This document shows, piece after piece, positions 1 through 9,037 of a stretch of DNA of 64,000 bases. This stretch comes from Candidatus Thermosaccharophagus tengchongensis. GTDB taxonomy: Bacteria > Armatimonadota > Fervidibacteria > Fervidibacterales > Thermosaccharophagaceae. Made by a program: the position numbers and the translations under genes. The stretch lies in assembly GCA_032161105.1 (NCBI GenBank), contig JAVHTD010000006.1. The stretch is one strand, 5' to 3'. Every line of letters starts with the position of its first letter. The stretch's first letter is position 1. Below the pieces are notes generated by a model, which was not told the origin of the DNA, ran no database searches, and saw only the letters and a list, made by a program, of their open reading frames with translations.

Positions 1-80
1 CACAAAAGGCCATAAAGTCAAACCTCATTTGGAGGTGAATGAAAGGGAATCTTTGGCGGTGATTAGCCTTCCTTTCTCTG

Positions 81-270
81 TCAACTGCTTTTTCCTTTCA
101 CATCACCCATCCCAATCCTCCTCATCTTCTCCATGTTCACTAATCATGCCAGCAATTCTACCGTCTCTTCATATCCCTTCCCCACCCACGACATCTCCCA
201 TCAAAAATCTCATTCCTCTTCATCGCCAGTATCTTGTGTTCCACCTTTACCCTTTCCCCTCCCACTTGAC
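81..270 (-). pseudogene. Degenerate 3' remnant of an IS5-like (DDE_Tnp_4/ISL2-type) transposase
   Basis: Manual minus-strand translation gives GGERVKVEHKILAMKRNEIF, then after a frameshift GKGYEETVELLA*LVNMEKMRR. This resembles the R-x-x-VEH-x-I-x-x-x-K ... LIAGLVN C-terminus of these transposases. Strongly purine-skewed, unlike the flanking DNA. Confidence 0.45.
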
Positions 271-294
271 ATGGTCTTGCGGCTATGTCATAAT
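266..294 (+). promoter_or_regulatory. Putative sigma70 promoter for the 378..3059 gene
   Basis: TTGACA (266-271), 17-nt spacer, then TGn-CATAAT (extended -10, 286-294). Confidence 0.6.
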
Positions 295-377
295 GATGGC
301 AGCGTCAAAGTAGAAAGGCTATAGCGCAATAAGTTTCATGAAGTTTGAATGGTCATATTTGATGGAGGCGGTGGAAG

Positions 378-3059
378 ATGACACACGCTGTGGCAATTGC
401 AATCTCGTTTTTGATCAGCAGTGCCGCTCTCTGCCTCGCATCCGATTTCCCGCCGCTGAATGAGGCGGTCAAGTGGCTGGAATCTGAGAGGCTTCGCGGC
501 ACTCTGTTCCACGAACCGAGGTTTGAACCAATGTTTAAGAGGTTCATAAAGCCGAGCGGCATCACCACGAAGGAGCAACTCGCTGTGGAAGTTGTCGGTG
601 AGACATACATCGCCATCATGCCAGATGACGGTAAAGTGAGCGTAAGCATAAAGGCGGTGCGCGGCGCGGATGTATTCCCCAATACCATTTATGCTCTGTT
701 TGACGATGCTGGAAATGAGATAGCTACAGGGATTGTTAAGCTCGGCAAGAGCACCACTTTGCGTGTGAGCAGACAAAAGGGCGTATGCACATTGCTCATT
801 AATAGCGGTCCTGCATCTCGCAATGTTGCCCGCATTAGCTCCAGCAACAGGTGTTGGGCAATAGATGCTCGTGAGCATTCGGCATATGACCGAACACCGA
901 TACATTTACATTTCCTCCGCGACTTGAAGCTTTGCGGGTTTAACTGCGTGATGGTTGACTTTGAGAGGCTGGAGGATGCCTTTGAAACCGACGATGGACT
1001 CGCGTCGTGGAGAAACAAGGTCAAGCAGTGGACTGATTATGCACGCAAAGTGAGACTCAGAATCATCCCGGCGATAAATCTTGGAGGCAGCCCCGCCGAA
1101 GTGAGGGCGTGGGGTGATGTGCGTCGCGGCTTATACATTGAGCACAAGGAGGGCTTGCCATTGGCGCCATGTCCATTGAGCAAAGAGTATTGGGAGCGAA
1201 TTTACCTCCGCCGCGCCCGCGAGGTCGCCAAGCTGTCATTGGAAAATCCATTCATCGTCGGAATCGGATTGGACCCAGAAATGTATCAGTGCTGGATTTA
1301 TGGTCACTACATGCTAAGCGGCACATGCTTTTGCGATAGCTGTCTTGGCGGCTTCCTAAGAGCGAAAGGGCTCTCAGAGGATGTGTTGGGCAAATTGCAC
1401 ACTGGGAAGGAACGCTACGATTGGCTCATGACCAACAAACTCTACAGCGACTACGAAGAATACCTTGAAGATGAGATGGCTAAGATAGCTCAGTGGTGTC
1501 GTGACGAGGTGCATTCAATCAATCCAAATTTGCTGCTCAACATGTTCGTGATAGAGATAGGCAACTGGTTTTGTCGTGGCATTGCTCGTGGCTTCGGCAA
1601 AGCTGGAGTGCCAGCGCTTAACTTTTGCGAACACACCTACTATGGCGTCGGCTACGACCCGAAATGGCTTGAGAGGATAATAAAGGCTTTCAAGGATTGG
1701 GGCGCGTATGTAGTTCAAGGGAGCGCAGTTTGGGGATTGTATTTCCCGCCAACGGACCAGCGCTTTTTAGCGGCGCATTGTTATAACCTTGCGGTTAGGG
1801 GACAAGGATACTGGTTTTGGCCGGGTGATGATTTGTATCGTGATTGGGGCTGCCGTTTCGCTTACCTCAATCGCCCGGCATACTGGGACGAGTATTGGAC
1901 GGCGCTCGCATTGGCGAACAAAGAGATAGAGCAAACGATTGCGAACCCAAACCGAACTTCAATACTGGATGCATGGGAGCCAGTCCCATGGAGGGGCAAG
2001 CTGAACAGCAGGACTGGCAAATGGGATGTTGATGAGTCAATTGTGCGTCCGCAGCGCGAGAGGGCATACCCAGTGACCATTGTCTCGCCGACGAGGCTTT
2101 ACTTCCACATGCCGAGGGAGGGTCAAATTGCGATTGCCGCAAAGGTGCGCAGTGATGGCGTTGCACAGTTGGCATTGGCTCCCAAAGGCGGTGAAACAAT
2201 TGCAAGGACAATGGTCACATCAAAAGAGGAGGCGAAGATTGAGCTTGAAAACCTTAAGCCTGGGATATGGCAGCTGGCAATTGAGCAACCTATAAGCGGG
2301 CAGTTCGCAGAAGTTGGATTGGCGATGGGCGGCTTGATTGAAGATGCATACCTTGCCACATCGCCGCAAGCACTCCCGCTCTACATCACGAAGCCGAAGG
2401 GATTGATCGGGCATTGGTCATTTGATGAGGGCAAAGGAACGGTGGCACATGACAAAAGTGAGCCACCTCAATTTGACGGCACAGTAGTAGGTGCTCAATG
2501 GGTGGATGGAGTTTCTGGCAGCGCAATTAAGTTTGATGGCAGCTCAGGGAGCGTGGAGATACGGGTTAACTTTGAATTCCACTGCTTGAGCGAATTCACC
2601 ATATCGGCATTCGTTCGCTTGGATGATCTTCCGACAAAGGGTAATGGCGCTACCATACTTAACAAAGGACCTGAGGCGCCAGTTCAGCATGTATGGTGGT
2701 GGATTGGGTATCCGCCAGATTACCCGCTCATACTTGAGTTGGGCAATGAGAAACATCGTTGGGGGACAAGCTTCTCAACAAAGCCTCTGAAATGGGATAT
2801 TGGACGATGGTATCATGTGGCAGTCACATTCAAGCGGCGTGGCGACCAGTGCATTGTTCGTCATTACCGTGATGGCGAACTCGTTGGAGAAGTGACAAAA
2901 GTGGATGAGCTTCATTCGGGCACTTATAACTTGCGCATCGGCTCTTACGGCGGGTTGCACTGGATAAACGGGGCGATTGACGAGGTGAAATTTTACAATG
3001 TCGCACTTGGCGATGAAGAAATACGCAATGAAGCGGCGCTCATCAAGGGGCGTAAATGA
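378..3059 (+). CDS. Secreted glycoside-hydrolase-like (TIM-barrel) protein with C-terminal LamG/concanavalin-A-like domain
   Basis: Signal peptide and GGAGG SD. Barrel-like core with PCP, LDPEMY and CFCDSC (GH42-like Cys cluster). C-terminal GLIGHWSFDEGKG...WYHVAVT...GAIDEVKFYNVAL is a LamG signature. Confidence 0.7.
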   Translation: MTHAVAIAISFLISSAALCLASDFPPLNEAVKWLESERLRGTLFHEPRFEPMFKRFIKPSGITTKEQLAVEVVGETYIAIMPDDGKVSVSIKAVRGADVFPNTIYALFDDAGNEIATGIVKLGKSTTLRVSRQKGVCTLLINSGPASRNVARISSSNRCWAIDAREHSAYDRTPIHLHFLRDLKLCGFNCVMVDFERLEDAFETDDGLASWRNKVKQWTDYARKVRLRIIPAINLGGSPAEVRAWGDVRRGLYIEHKEGLPLAPCPLSKEYWERIYLRRAREVAKLSLENPFIVGIGLDPEMYQCWIYGHYMLSGTCFCDSCLGGFLRAKGLSEDVLGKLHTGKERYDWLMTNKLYSDYEEYLEDEMAKIAQWCRDEVHSINPNLLLNMFVIEIGNWFCRGIARGFGKAGVPALNFCEHTYYGVGYDPKWLERIIKAFKDWGAYVVQGSAVWGLYFPPTDQRFLAAHCYNLAVRGQGYWFWPGDDLYRDWGCRFAYLNRPAYWDEYWTALALANKEIEQTIANPNRTSILDAWEPVPWRGKLNSRTGKWDVDESIVRPQRERAYPVTIVSPTRLYFHMPREGQIAIAAKVRSDGVAQLALAPKGGETIARTMVTSKEEAKIELENLKPGIWQLAIEQPISGQFAEVGLAMGGLIEDAYLATSPQALPLYITKPKGLIGHWSFDEGKGTVAHDKSEPPQFDGTVVGAQWVDGVSGSAIKFDGSSGSVEIRVNFEFHCLSEFTISAFVRLDDLPTKGNGATILNKGPEAPVQHVWWWIGYPPDYPLILELGNEKHRWGTSFSTKPLKWDIGRWYHVAVTFKRRGDQCIVRHYRDGELVGEVTKVDELHSGTYNLRIGSYGGLHWINGAIDEVKFYNVALGDEEIRNEAALIKGRK

Positions 3060-3170
3060 AGAGCGGTCATGCGCCATTGAAGCACCGCAAGCAACCAACC
3101 TAACTCGTGAAGTTAACCCGCGCATTGATAAGGCGCATCCGATTTGGAAGCGGTTTCGCACGCGCCATTA

Positions 3171-4535
3171 TTAGCTATCGCTGCGTAAGCCATGAGTTCG
3201 TTTGAGCCTTTTCCAGATGAGTGCAGCTGGGAGCAATGTCAGCAATCCCCCGAGGATGTTTGAAATAGCCATCGCCAACCACGCAGCAATGGCATCATGT
3301 CCCTCAACGATGCACAGCCAATAAGTTGCGGGTATGCGCACCACCCATATTGAGAAGATGGTGATGAGAGCTGGTGAGAGCATATCGCCAGCCCCTCTCA
3401 ATGAAGCGCCGAGAATCATGCCCACAGCCGTGAATGGTTCTGCAACTGCGTTTATACGCAGATATGCGGAGACATAACGCATGGTCAACTTACCGTGCGC
3501 AAACATTTTAGCCCACATGTCCGCTGTGACAAAGAAGATACCACCGAGGACAGCCAGCATCGCAAACCCAAACACCGTCAGTTGGTAGCTGCAAGACCTT
3601 GCACGCTCAATCTGCCACGCACCCACATTCTGCCCAATCATCGTCTGAGCTGCGGAGGCAATGGCAAATGCAGGCATCAGCATGAGGGATTCAATTCTCC
3701 AACCGAGTGTAAGTGCGGCGAGTGCGTCTGTGCTGTTTGATACTCGCCCAATTATGCTGAAGAAGACAAAGGAGCAAAGCGCCCATTGAATGGATTGGAG
3801 GCACACAGGTAACGAGAGCTTTAGAAGCTGCATGTGAGACATGGAATGCCATCGCAATATGCGGTGTGGATTCAATTTGATTGGTGAGCGCCTGAGCAAA
3901 GTTCCGAGAAAAAGCAACCTCACAAGATACGATGAGACAGCGGCAATAGCAGCACCATCTATACCTAACCTCGGCACAAGCAAGGCATTCAAGCTTAACT
4001 GAGTTCCTACTCCCAATGCCGTTGCTATGAACGGCGTCACTACATCACCAAGACCGTGATAGAATGCCCCGAGCAAGAGCGCAAGCACAACTGGCACGAC
4101 GAATGTGATGAAGATGAACAGATAGCGTGTCGCAAGAACTTCAACTTCCTCACTCAAGTTGAAGATGCGCCATATGACGCCCCTGAAGAACCACACCAAT
4201 GCAATGAGCAAACTGAGCAAGAGGCACTGCTGGATAGCGGCAATTGCAACATCTCTTATTGCCTCACGGTTTCCTGCGCCCCAATTCTGCGCTACGAGAG
4301 TCACTGTGGCAGTTAGAAAAGCCATCACTACCGTAAACGGTATCCATGTGGCTTCATCTACAGCTCCAATAGCCGCAACTGCTGCATCGCCAAGCCGCTT
4401 GACGAAATACATTTCGCCAAGCCATGCTGTGGTCTGAAGGATTTGGGATGCCAATGATGGCAACGCAAGAAGCGATATAGCTTGGATGAATGTCCCACGA
4501 AGTATGATTGCTCTGCTTGTTTCATGCCGCCCCAT
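3171..4535 (-). CDS. MATE family efflux transporter
   Basis: About 12 TM segments, two-fold repeat, motifs LGDAAVAAIG, VAQNWGAG, IGQNVGA and SLRGAGD. Confidence 0.9.
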   Translation of the reverse strand: MGRHETSRAIILRGTFIQAISLLALPSLASQILQTTAWLGEMYFVKRLGDAAVAAIGAVDEATWIPFTVVMAFLTATVTLVAQNWGAGNREAIRDVAIAAIQQCLLLSLLIALVWFFRGVIWRIFNLSEEVEVLATRYLFIFITFVVPVVLALLLGAFYHGLGDVVTPFIATALGVGTQLSLNALLVPRLGIDGAAIAAVSSYLVRLLFLGTLLRRSPIKLNPHRILRWHSMSHMQLLKLSLPVCLQSIQWALCSFVFFSIIGRVSNSTDALAALTLGWRIESLMLMPAFAIASAAQTMIGQNVGAWQIERARSCSYQLTVFGFAMLAVLGGIFFVTADMWAKMFAHGKLTMRYVSAYLRINAVAEPFTAVGMILGASLRGAGDMLSPALITIFSIWVVRIPATYWLCIVEGHDAIAAWLAMAISNILGGLLTLLPAALIWKRLKRTHGLRSDS

Positions 4536-4639
4536 ACAGGCTCTCCCTGTGCCGCATGAGTCAACGCAAGCTTTGATGCAACGCCGTTAGCCAATGATGT
4601 GATTAAAGCGCTTCAAGGGCATCACGCAAAATTGTGACG

Positions 4640-5085
4640 CAAGATAACTTTCCTTAAATGGAGCGGCAAGGCGTCTCGGTCATCGCTGTTGGCGAGACCC
4701 CTGAACTTGCGGCAAGCCGAAACGAAGATAACGAACGGGTTCGGAAATTGGCGCAGCGGATTTTCACAGGCGAATCGTGGCTTCCCGTTGCTGACGGAAG
4801 GTTGATTCAGAGACTGAAGGAAAGGAATTGCGGCATTACAGTTGAACCGCAAAATCCTGACTTGTGAGTCGCCCGCTATCAGCGGGACAAATCGCAAATT
4901 TGCTTCATCGTCAACACGACAACCGAACCAATCACAGCGACAGTTAATTTGCCCAACTGGCAGCAAGCCTTTGGTTTCCCGACAATGGCGAAATTCAACT
5001 GGCAAAAGCGGTGCACGGTGGCAAAGGGCTTAAAGCTACGGTCACTGTCTCAGCTCTTGACAGTGTTTTCATTCTTAACCTCTAA
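4640..5085 (+). pseudogene. C-terminal remnant of a large glycoside-hydrolase-like protein
   Basis: Read-through gives GVSVIAVGETPELAASRNEDNERVRKLAQRIF...PDL*VARYQRDKSQICFIVN, then after a frameshift LWFPDNGEIQL...VTVSALDSVFILNL* (TAA 5083-5085). In-frame TGA at 4865 and no N-terminus. Confidence 0.55.
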
Positions 5086-5249
5086 ACGCCAACTTAAACG
5101 CCATTGCAACGATTGCTCATCTTGCGTTACTCTAACCCCGACGAACCCGCCTTTGCTATCCCGACCCTATGGACAACCCCCTCAAGCCACCTGATGCGTT
5201 CAACCTACAGGTGGTCAAATTGCGACACATATGGACTTAATGCCAAGTG

Positions 5250-5327
5250 GTGGCATGCCGTCAAGGATGTCAACACCCTTAAGAGGTGACGCCATATCTC
5301 GTCCTATCCTTGATGGCACTTCGCCAC
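5250..5327 (+). repeat. Intergenic inverted repeat / stem-loop
   Basis: TGCCGTCAAGGAT (5256-5268) pairs with ATCCTTGATGGCA (5306-5318; one G-U on the + strand). Outer GTGGC/GCCAC and inner CACC/GGTG pairings. Confidence 0.6.
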
Positions 5328-5363
5328 GCGCCTAACTACGAACTGATTGGCTCGCTTTTGTCC

Positions 5364-6071
5364 TCACTGGCGATCTTTTTGTGTTCTCCTGCGCAGCATT
5401 TCCATTAGCTGCTTTGCCCTATCTACAGCCATCCGCTCTTCTTCAGATTCAGGTTGTCCCCAAGGCTGCGTTATGCGCCATGTTATTGTGCCACTTAACG
5501 GCGGCTCAGGAAATGCACCCGGGTCATAGAGCTTGTATCCTCTAAACTCAACTGGTTCCTCTTGATAGCAACACCACACTGCATGCCTAATGACCTCAGG
5601 GTCGCCCTCAAACTGCAAATCAATCAGTCGCAGCTGAGCCCTAAAGCGCTCAATGAACTCCATTGGCACATTGAACAAAAACGGGTGTGGCGCATCCGTT
5701 CCGATGATTCGCTTGCGTTCGTCAACGCCGTTGAGAAGTAATGCCTTTAATGCCTCGCCAGTTAAATGACCCTGCGATTCAGGTCCGGCAACGATAAGCC
5801 ACCTTATGTTCGGGTTAGCCACAATGTTGCAGATGATCTTCTCCAAGCCGATATTCTCGGTTTGGACTGTGCCAGCGAGTGCAGCACCTGCCTCTATCGC
5901 CACACGAACGAGCCTTTCTATCTCCTTTGGTGTTTCCTCCGGCGGACAATTCAAAATTACTGCCACAGCCACCGGTGAGTAGTCATTGCCGCGAATGTAT
6001 CTCCCCTCTTCGGGCGGGTAATTCGGATGCGGTGCGACTTTGTAATCCGGTCTTGGTGGCGGCTCAATCAT
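5364..6071 (-). CDS. mtrA: Stand-alone homolog of tetrahydromethanopterin S-methyltransferase subunit A (corrinoid-binding)
   Basis: Motifs SPVAV, GAALAGTVQTENIGLEKIICNIVANPNIRWLIVAG, ESQGHLTGE (Co-ligand His), GVDERKRIIG and IERFRAQ match MtrA. Start placed at ATG 6071 after GAGGTGG. No C-terminal TM anchor. Confidence 0.85.
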   Translation of the reverse strand: MIEPPPRPDYKVAPHPNYPPEEGRYIRGNDYSPVAVAVILNCPPEETPKEIERLVRVAIEAGAALAGTVQTENIGLEKIICNIVANPNIRWLIVAGPESQGHLTGEALKALLLNGVDERKRIIGTDAPHPFLFNVPMEFIERFRAQLRLIDLQFEGDPEVIRHAVWCCYQEEPVEFRGYKLYDPGAFPEPPLSGTITWRITQPWGQPESEEERMAVDRAKQLMEMLRRRTQKDRQ

Positions 6072-6398
6072 TCGCTCCACCTCGCGTTTTTAAAACATCG
6101 GCTATCGCAGAGCATGCGAAGCTGAATCAGCTTGCATTGTCACATTGGCTTAACAGGCAACGGATGACCGCTCCCCATCGGTTCCATCAAAAAGAAGCAA
6201 CGGCTCAAGCTTCGCCTTGGAGCATCGTCATTCTTTAACCACTGTAGCGTGGATTGGTGTGATCGTAAATAGCTTGCGCTATCCCTGTGCGCTATTGTTT
6301 GAATTCGCGCGATGTGATTGCCACATATTTGACCTACGGCAGCTTCGCCATAATGCCGTTGTCGGTTCATACACCTGTGAGCTATGGGGGGATTAAAA

Positions 6399-7136
6399 AT
6401 GCGAGGTGTTGTTTTAGCCGGCGGGACTGGCTCAAGGCTCTACCCACTTACGAAGATAACCAACAAGCACTTGCTACCCATCTACAACAAGCCGATGATT
6501 TACTACCCAATTGAAGCGCTCGTAAAAGCCGGCATCCGTGAGATCATGCTCGTCACAGGTGGCGAATACGCAAGCGATTTTGCACGCTTACTCGGTGACG
6601 GTCGTGAAATGGGCGTCAAGACGCTTTATTACGCGTATCAGGAAAAGCCGCTCGGGATTGCACATGCGTTGAGCTTGGCTGAGGACTTCGTCAATGGCGG
6701 CAAGTGCGTCGTCTTCCTCGGTGACAATGTGATTGAAGGCAACATAATCCGACATGTTAAGCGCTTCTCCGAGCAGGAAAAGGGCGCAATGGTGCTGCTT
6801 AAGGAAGTGCCTAATCCGCAAGATTACGGTTGCCCAGTCTTTGATGGCGAGCGGATTGTGCGCATAATTGAGAAGCCAAAGGAGCCACCAAGCGAGTATG
6901 CCGTCATAGGCATTTACTTTTACGATGCCGAGGTGTTTGAAATCATCCGAGGGTTAAAACCGTCAGAGCGAGGTGAGCTTGAGATCACGGATGTCAATAA
7001 CGCATACGCCGAAAGAGGGCTGCTCTCCTACGACTTCCTTGAAGGATGGTGGGGCGATTGTGGCGCATCAATTGATGCATGGCTTTACATAAACAATCTC
7101 GTGGCAAAGACGGGCGCTAACAAAGTTGAGCTTTGA
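6399..7136 (+). CDS. Glucose-1-phosphate thymidylyltransferase, short form (RmlA/SpsI-like)
   Basis: GVVLAGGTGSRLYPLTKITNKHLLPIYNKPMIYYP, QEKPLGIAHA, LGDN, IEKP and PSERGELEITD. Confidence 0.9.
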   Translation: MRGVVLAGGTGSRLYPLTKITNKHLLPIYNKPMIYYPIEALVKAGIREIMLVTGGEYASDFARLLGDGREMGVKTLYYAYQEKPLGIAHALSLAEDFVNGGKCVVFLGDNVIEGNIIRHVKRFSEQEKGAMVLLKEVPNPQDYGCPVFDGERIVRIIEKPKEPPSEYAVIGIYFYDAEVFEIIRGLKPSERGELEITDVNNAYAERGLLSYDFLEGWWGDCGASIDAWLYINNLVAKTGANKVEL

Positions 7137-7216
7137 CATCACAGCATGGGATAATATGCACAGCCATGGGGCGCAGCATAAGGATGCCAGAACGAGTTGG
7201 TGTAAGGAGTGGGAAC

Positions 7217-7603
7217 ATGGTGCCCAAGTTGATGCGCGTGGTTATTCCGCAAAGGCAGCTATCGTGGCTCATTGAGTTGAATGAAACCAAGACGGCAACG
7301 ATGGTGTATGAGGCGCTGCCAAAGGAGAGCAGCGTTGAAGTATGGGGCGAGGAAATTTACTTCCCTATCGGTGTTCCAAAAGGTGAGGGCGATACAACAC
7401 ATGAGTTTGTCGCTCCGGGTGATGTCGGATATTGGGAACCGGAACAATGCGTTTGCCTCTTCTTCGGTCCAACACCGGAAAGCCCGCCCGGGACAATTAA
7501 ACCAGATGACCCCGTTGTCATCATCGGGCGAATAATAAGCCCCTTTGAAAGCTTCAGGGATGTCAAGGATGGCGATAAAGTGATTGCTGTAAGGGAATTG
7601 TGA
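7217..7603 (+). CDS. Cyclophilin-like fold protein (DUF369/TM1367-like)
   Basis: ALP...WGEEIYFPI, GDVGYW, CLFFGPTPES and VVIIGRI. AAGGAG SD before ATG 7217. Confidence 0.8.
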   Translation: MVPKLMRVVIPQRQLSWLIELNETKTATMVYEALPKESSVEVWGEEIYFPIGVPKGEGDTTHEFVAPGDVGYWEPEQCVCLFFGPTPESPPGTIKPDDPVVIIGRIISPFESFRDVKDGDKVIAVREL

Positions 7604-7662
7604 GTTACCTCATCAGATGCTCACTATGAGCCCGTTAAAAAGCGCAACGCAAACCTGTTCCC

Positions 7663-7899
7663 TCACTTCCCGCCTTGAAGCGCCCTCTGAAACTCGGCAG
7701 CCGGTGATGCAGGCGTGCTCGTTGGTGAAGAAGATGGGCTGCCTTGAAGCGCCCTTTGAAATTCCATTTGCAACTGCTGTGTTGCTGTAGCCTCCTTCGG
7801 CTTTGGGCTGATGCGTTTCCACGACCATACAGCACTACATATTGCTGCAACAACTGCTATTGCAACCACAGCTATGATCCCAATCGTTTTGCCCCGCAT
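7663..7899 (-). CDS. Small single-pass membrane protein with duplicated EFQRALQG motif
   Basis: N-terminal hydrophobic helix and AAGGGG SD. Two 24-nt copies (7672-7695, 7741-7764) differ only at two synonymous positions. Confidence 0.65.
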   Translation of the reverse strand: MRGKTIGIIAVVAIAVVAAICSAVWSWKRISPKPKEATATQQLQMEFQRALQGSPSSSPTSTPASPAAEFQRALQGGK

Positions 7900-7913
7900 T
7901 TTCAACCACCCCT

Positions 7914-8717
7914 TCACTGCTTCGGACCGGAGTAGACGCGCCAATACCAGTATGGATCCTGTGATGGATCAACAGCAATCGTCTTCTTCAGCCACTTAAC
8001 ATGCCCATCAACGAAAGCAACATTGAAGCCACCACTATGCCATGCAGAGCCACCATTGCCAGTCCCAATCACTGGCACAGGACCGCTGCCGCCGCCTACC
8101 TCACTCGCCTCAGGTATAGGCCAGTTACCGCCGGGACGGCGAGGTCCATATACAACGCACCATGAATCGCCAAAGGCAATTGTCTCACCGGGGTATTTAA
8201 TTCTCGCCATGGATGTATAATTTCCGAGTTCGCCCCTATCACCCAGATCAGGACCATCGCTAAACCAGTTCATCCCGTAGCCTCCCCAAAAGCGTATGTA
8301 GCTGTCGGCAGCATTCGCACAGTTAGCATAGATGCCACCAACCACTGTCGGTCCAGCCCATGTTTCCTTACCTCTCCATCCATACGCAACTCCGGTTGGG
8401 CATGCAAACATTTGCACATTCTTCACATATGGCTGAACCAAACCCTGCCACCATATGCGCCCCGATTGACCCTGGAACCATGACTGTGTCCACATCGGGA
8501 GAAATGTTTCGTCATAGTCATTCGCATACATCAGCGCACCAAGGATTATCTGCTTCAAGTTGCTTTGGCATGATGCAGTCCTCGCCTTCTCCCTCGCCCT
8601 CGCAAACACAGGGAACAATATCGCTGCCAAGATGGCGATTATCGCTATCACCACCAGCAGCTCTATCAGCGTAAAACCTCTCCACCTCAACCTAAACATT
8701 CCAACTGCTCGCTTCAT
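7914..8717 (-). CDS. Prepilin-type N-methylation domain protein, DUF1559 / H-X9-DG-CTERM family
   Basis: [43 protein letters not shown] and C-terminal [15 protein letters not shown]. Start at ATG 8717 (AGGAGG SD), or alternatively 8750. Confidence 0.9.
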   Translation of the reverse strand: MKRAVGMFRLRWRGFTLIELLVVIAIIAILAAILFPVFARAREKARTASCQSNLKQIILGALMYANDYDETFLPMWTQSWFQGQSGRIWWQGLVQPYVKNVQMFACPTGVAYGWRGKETWAGPTVVGGIYANCANAADSYIRFWGGYGMNWFSDGPDLGDRGELGNYTSMARIKYPGETIAFGDSWCVVYGPRRPGGNWPIPEASEVGGGSGPVPVIGTGNGGSAWHSGGFNVAFVDGHVKWLKKTIAVDPSQDPYWYWRVYSGPKQ

Positions 8718-9037
8718 TTCGCATCCCTCCTTTGAGTTTAAAAACATCATGTGGAGATTGTAGGGCGGACGATAGTCCGCCTCACATCGTTCCTCAGTCG
8801 TGAACTCGGGCAGCTGCCCCTGCGAACTTTCACCCCATCACCTCCTTCGGTGTGAGATTGACCCCATTCAGAAAACCCAACTCCCACAACCCAACTTTGG
8901 CACGGCTTAATTTGATTGTAAAGTCTCACATTGCAATCTCATAAAACGACATCAATTGAGCAATGCATTGTTCGTAGTAAGCCACAAAGCGAAAGTGGCG
9001 TCCATCATGACAATGACATTATCAATTGAGCGAGGAA

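Noticed and set aside
29..324. Plus-strand ORFs 29..313 and 133..324
   Set aside because: Low-complexity Ser/Pro translations of pyrimidine-rich DNA, better explained as the antisense of a transposase remnant.
5364..6071. Methanogenesis or an archaeal contig
   Set aside because: Only one mtr-like gene is present, and the surrounding genes (recA, lptB, accA, ftsH, tilS) are clearly bacterial.
6329..6354. TTGACC...CATAAT promoter for the thymidylyltransferase gene
   Set aside because: The spacer is only 14 nt, too short for a canonical sigma70 promoter.
6072..6398. Cobalamin riboswitch upstream of the mtrA-like gene
   Set aside because: I could not find the conserved GGGAA, GCCCCCGC-ACTGT or B12-box elements; an Infernal search would be decisive.
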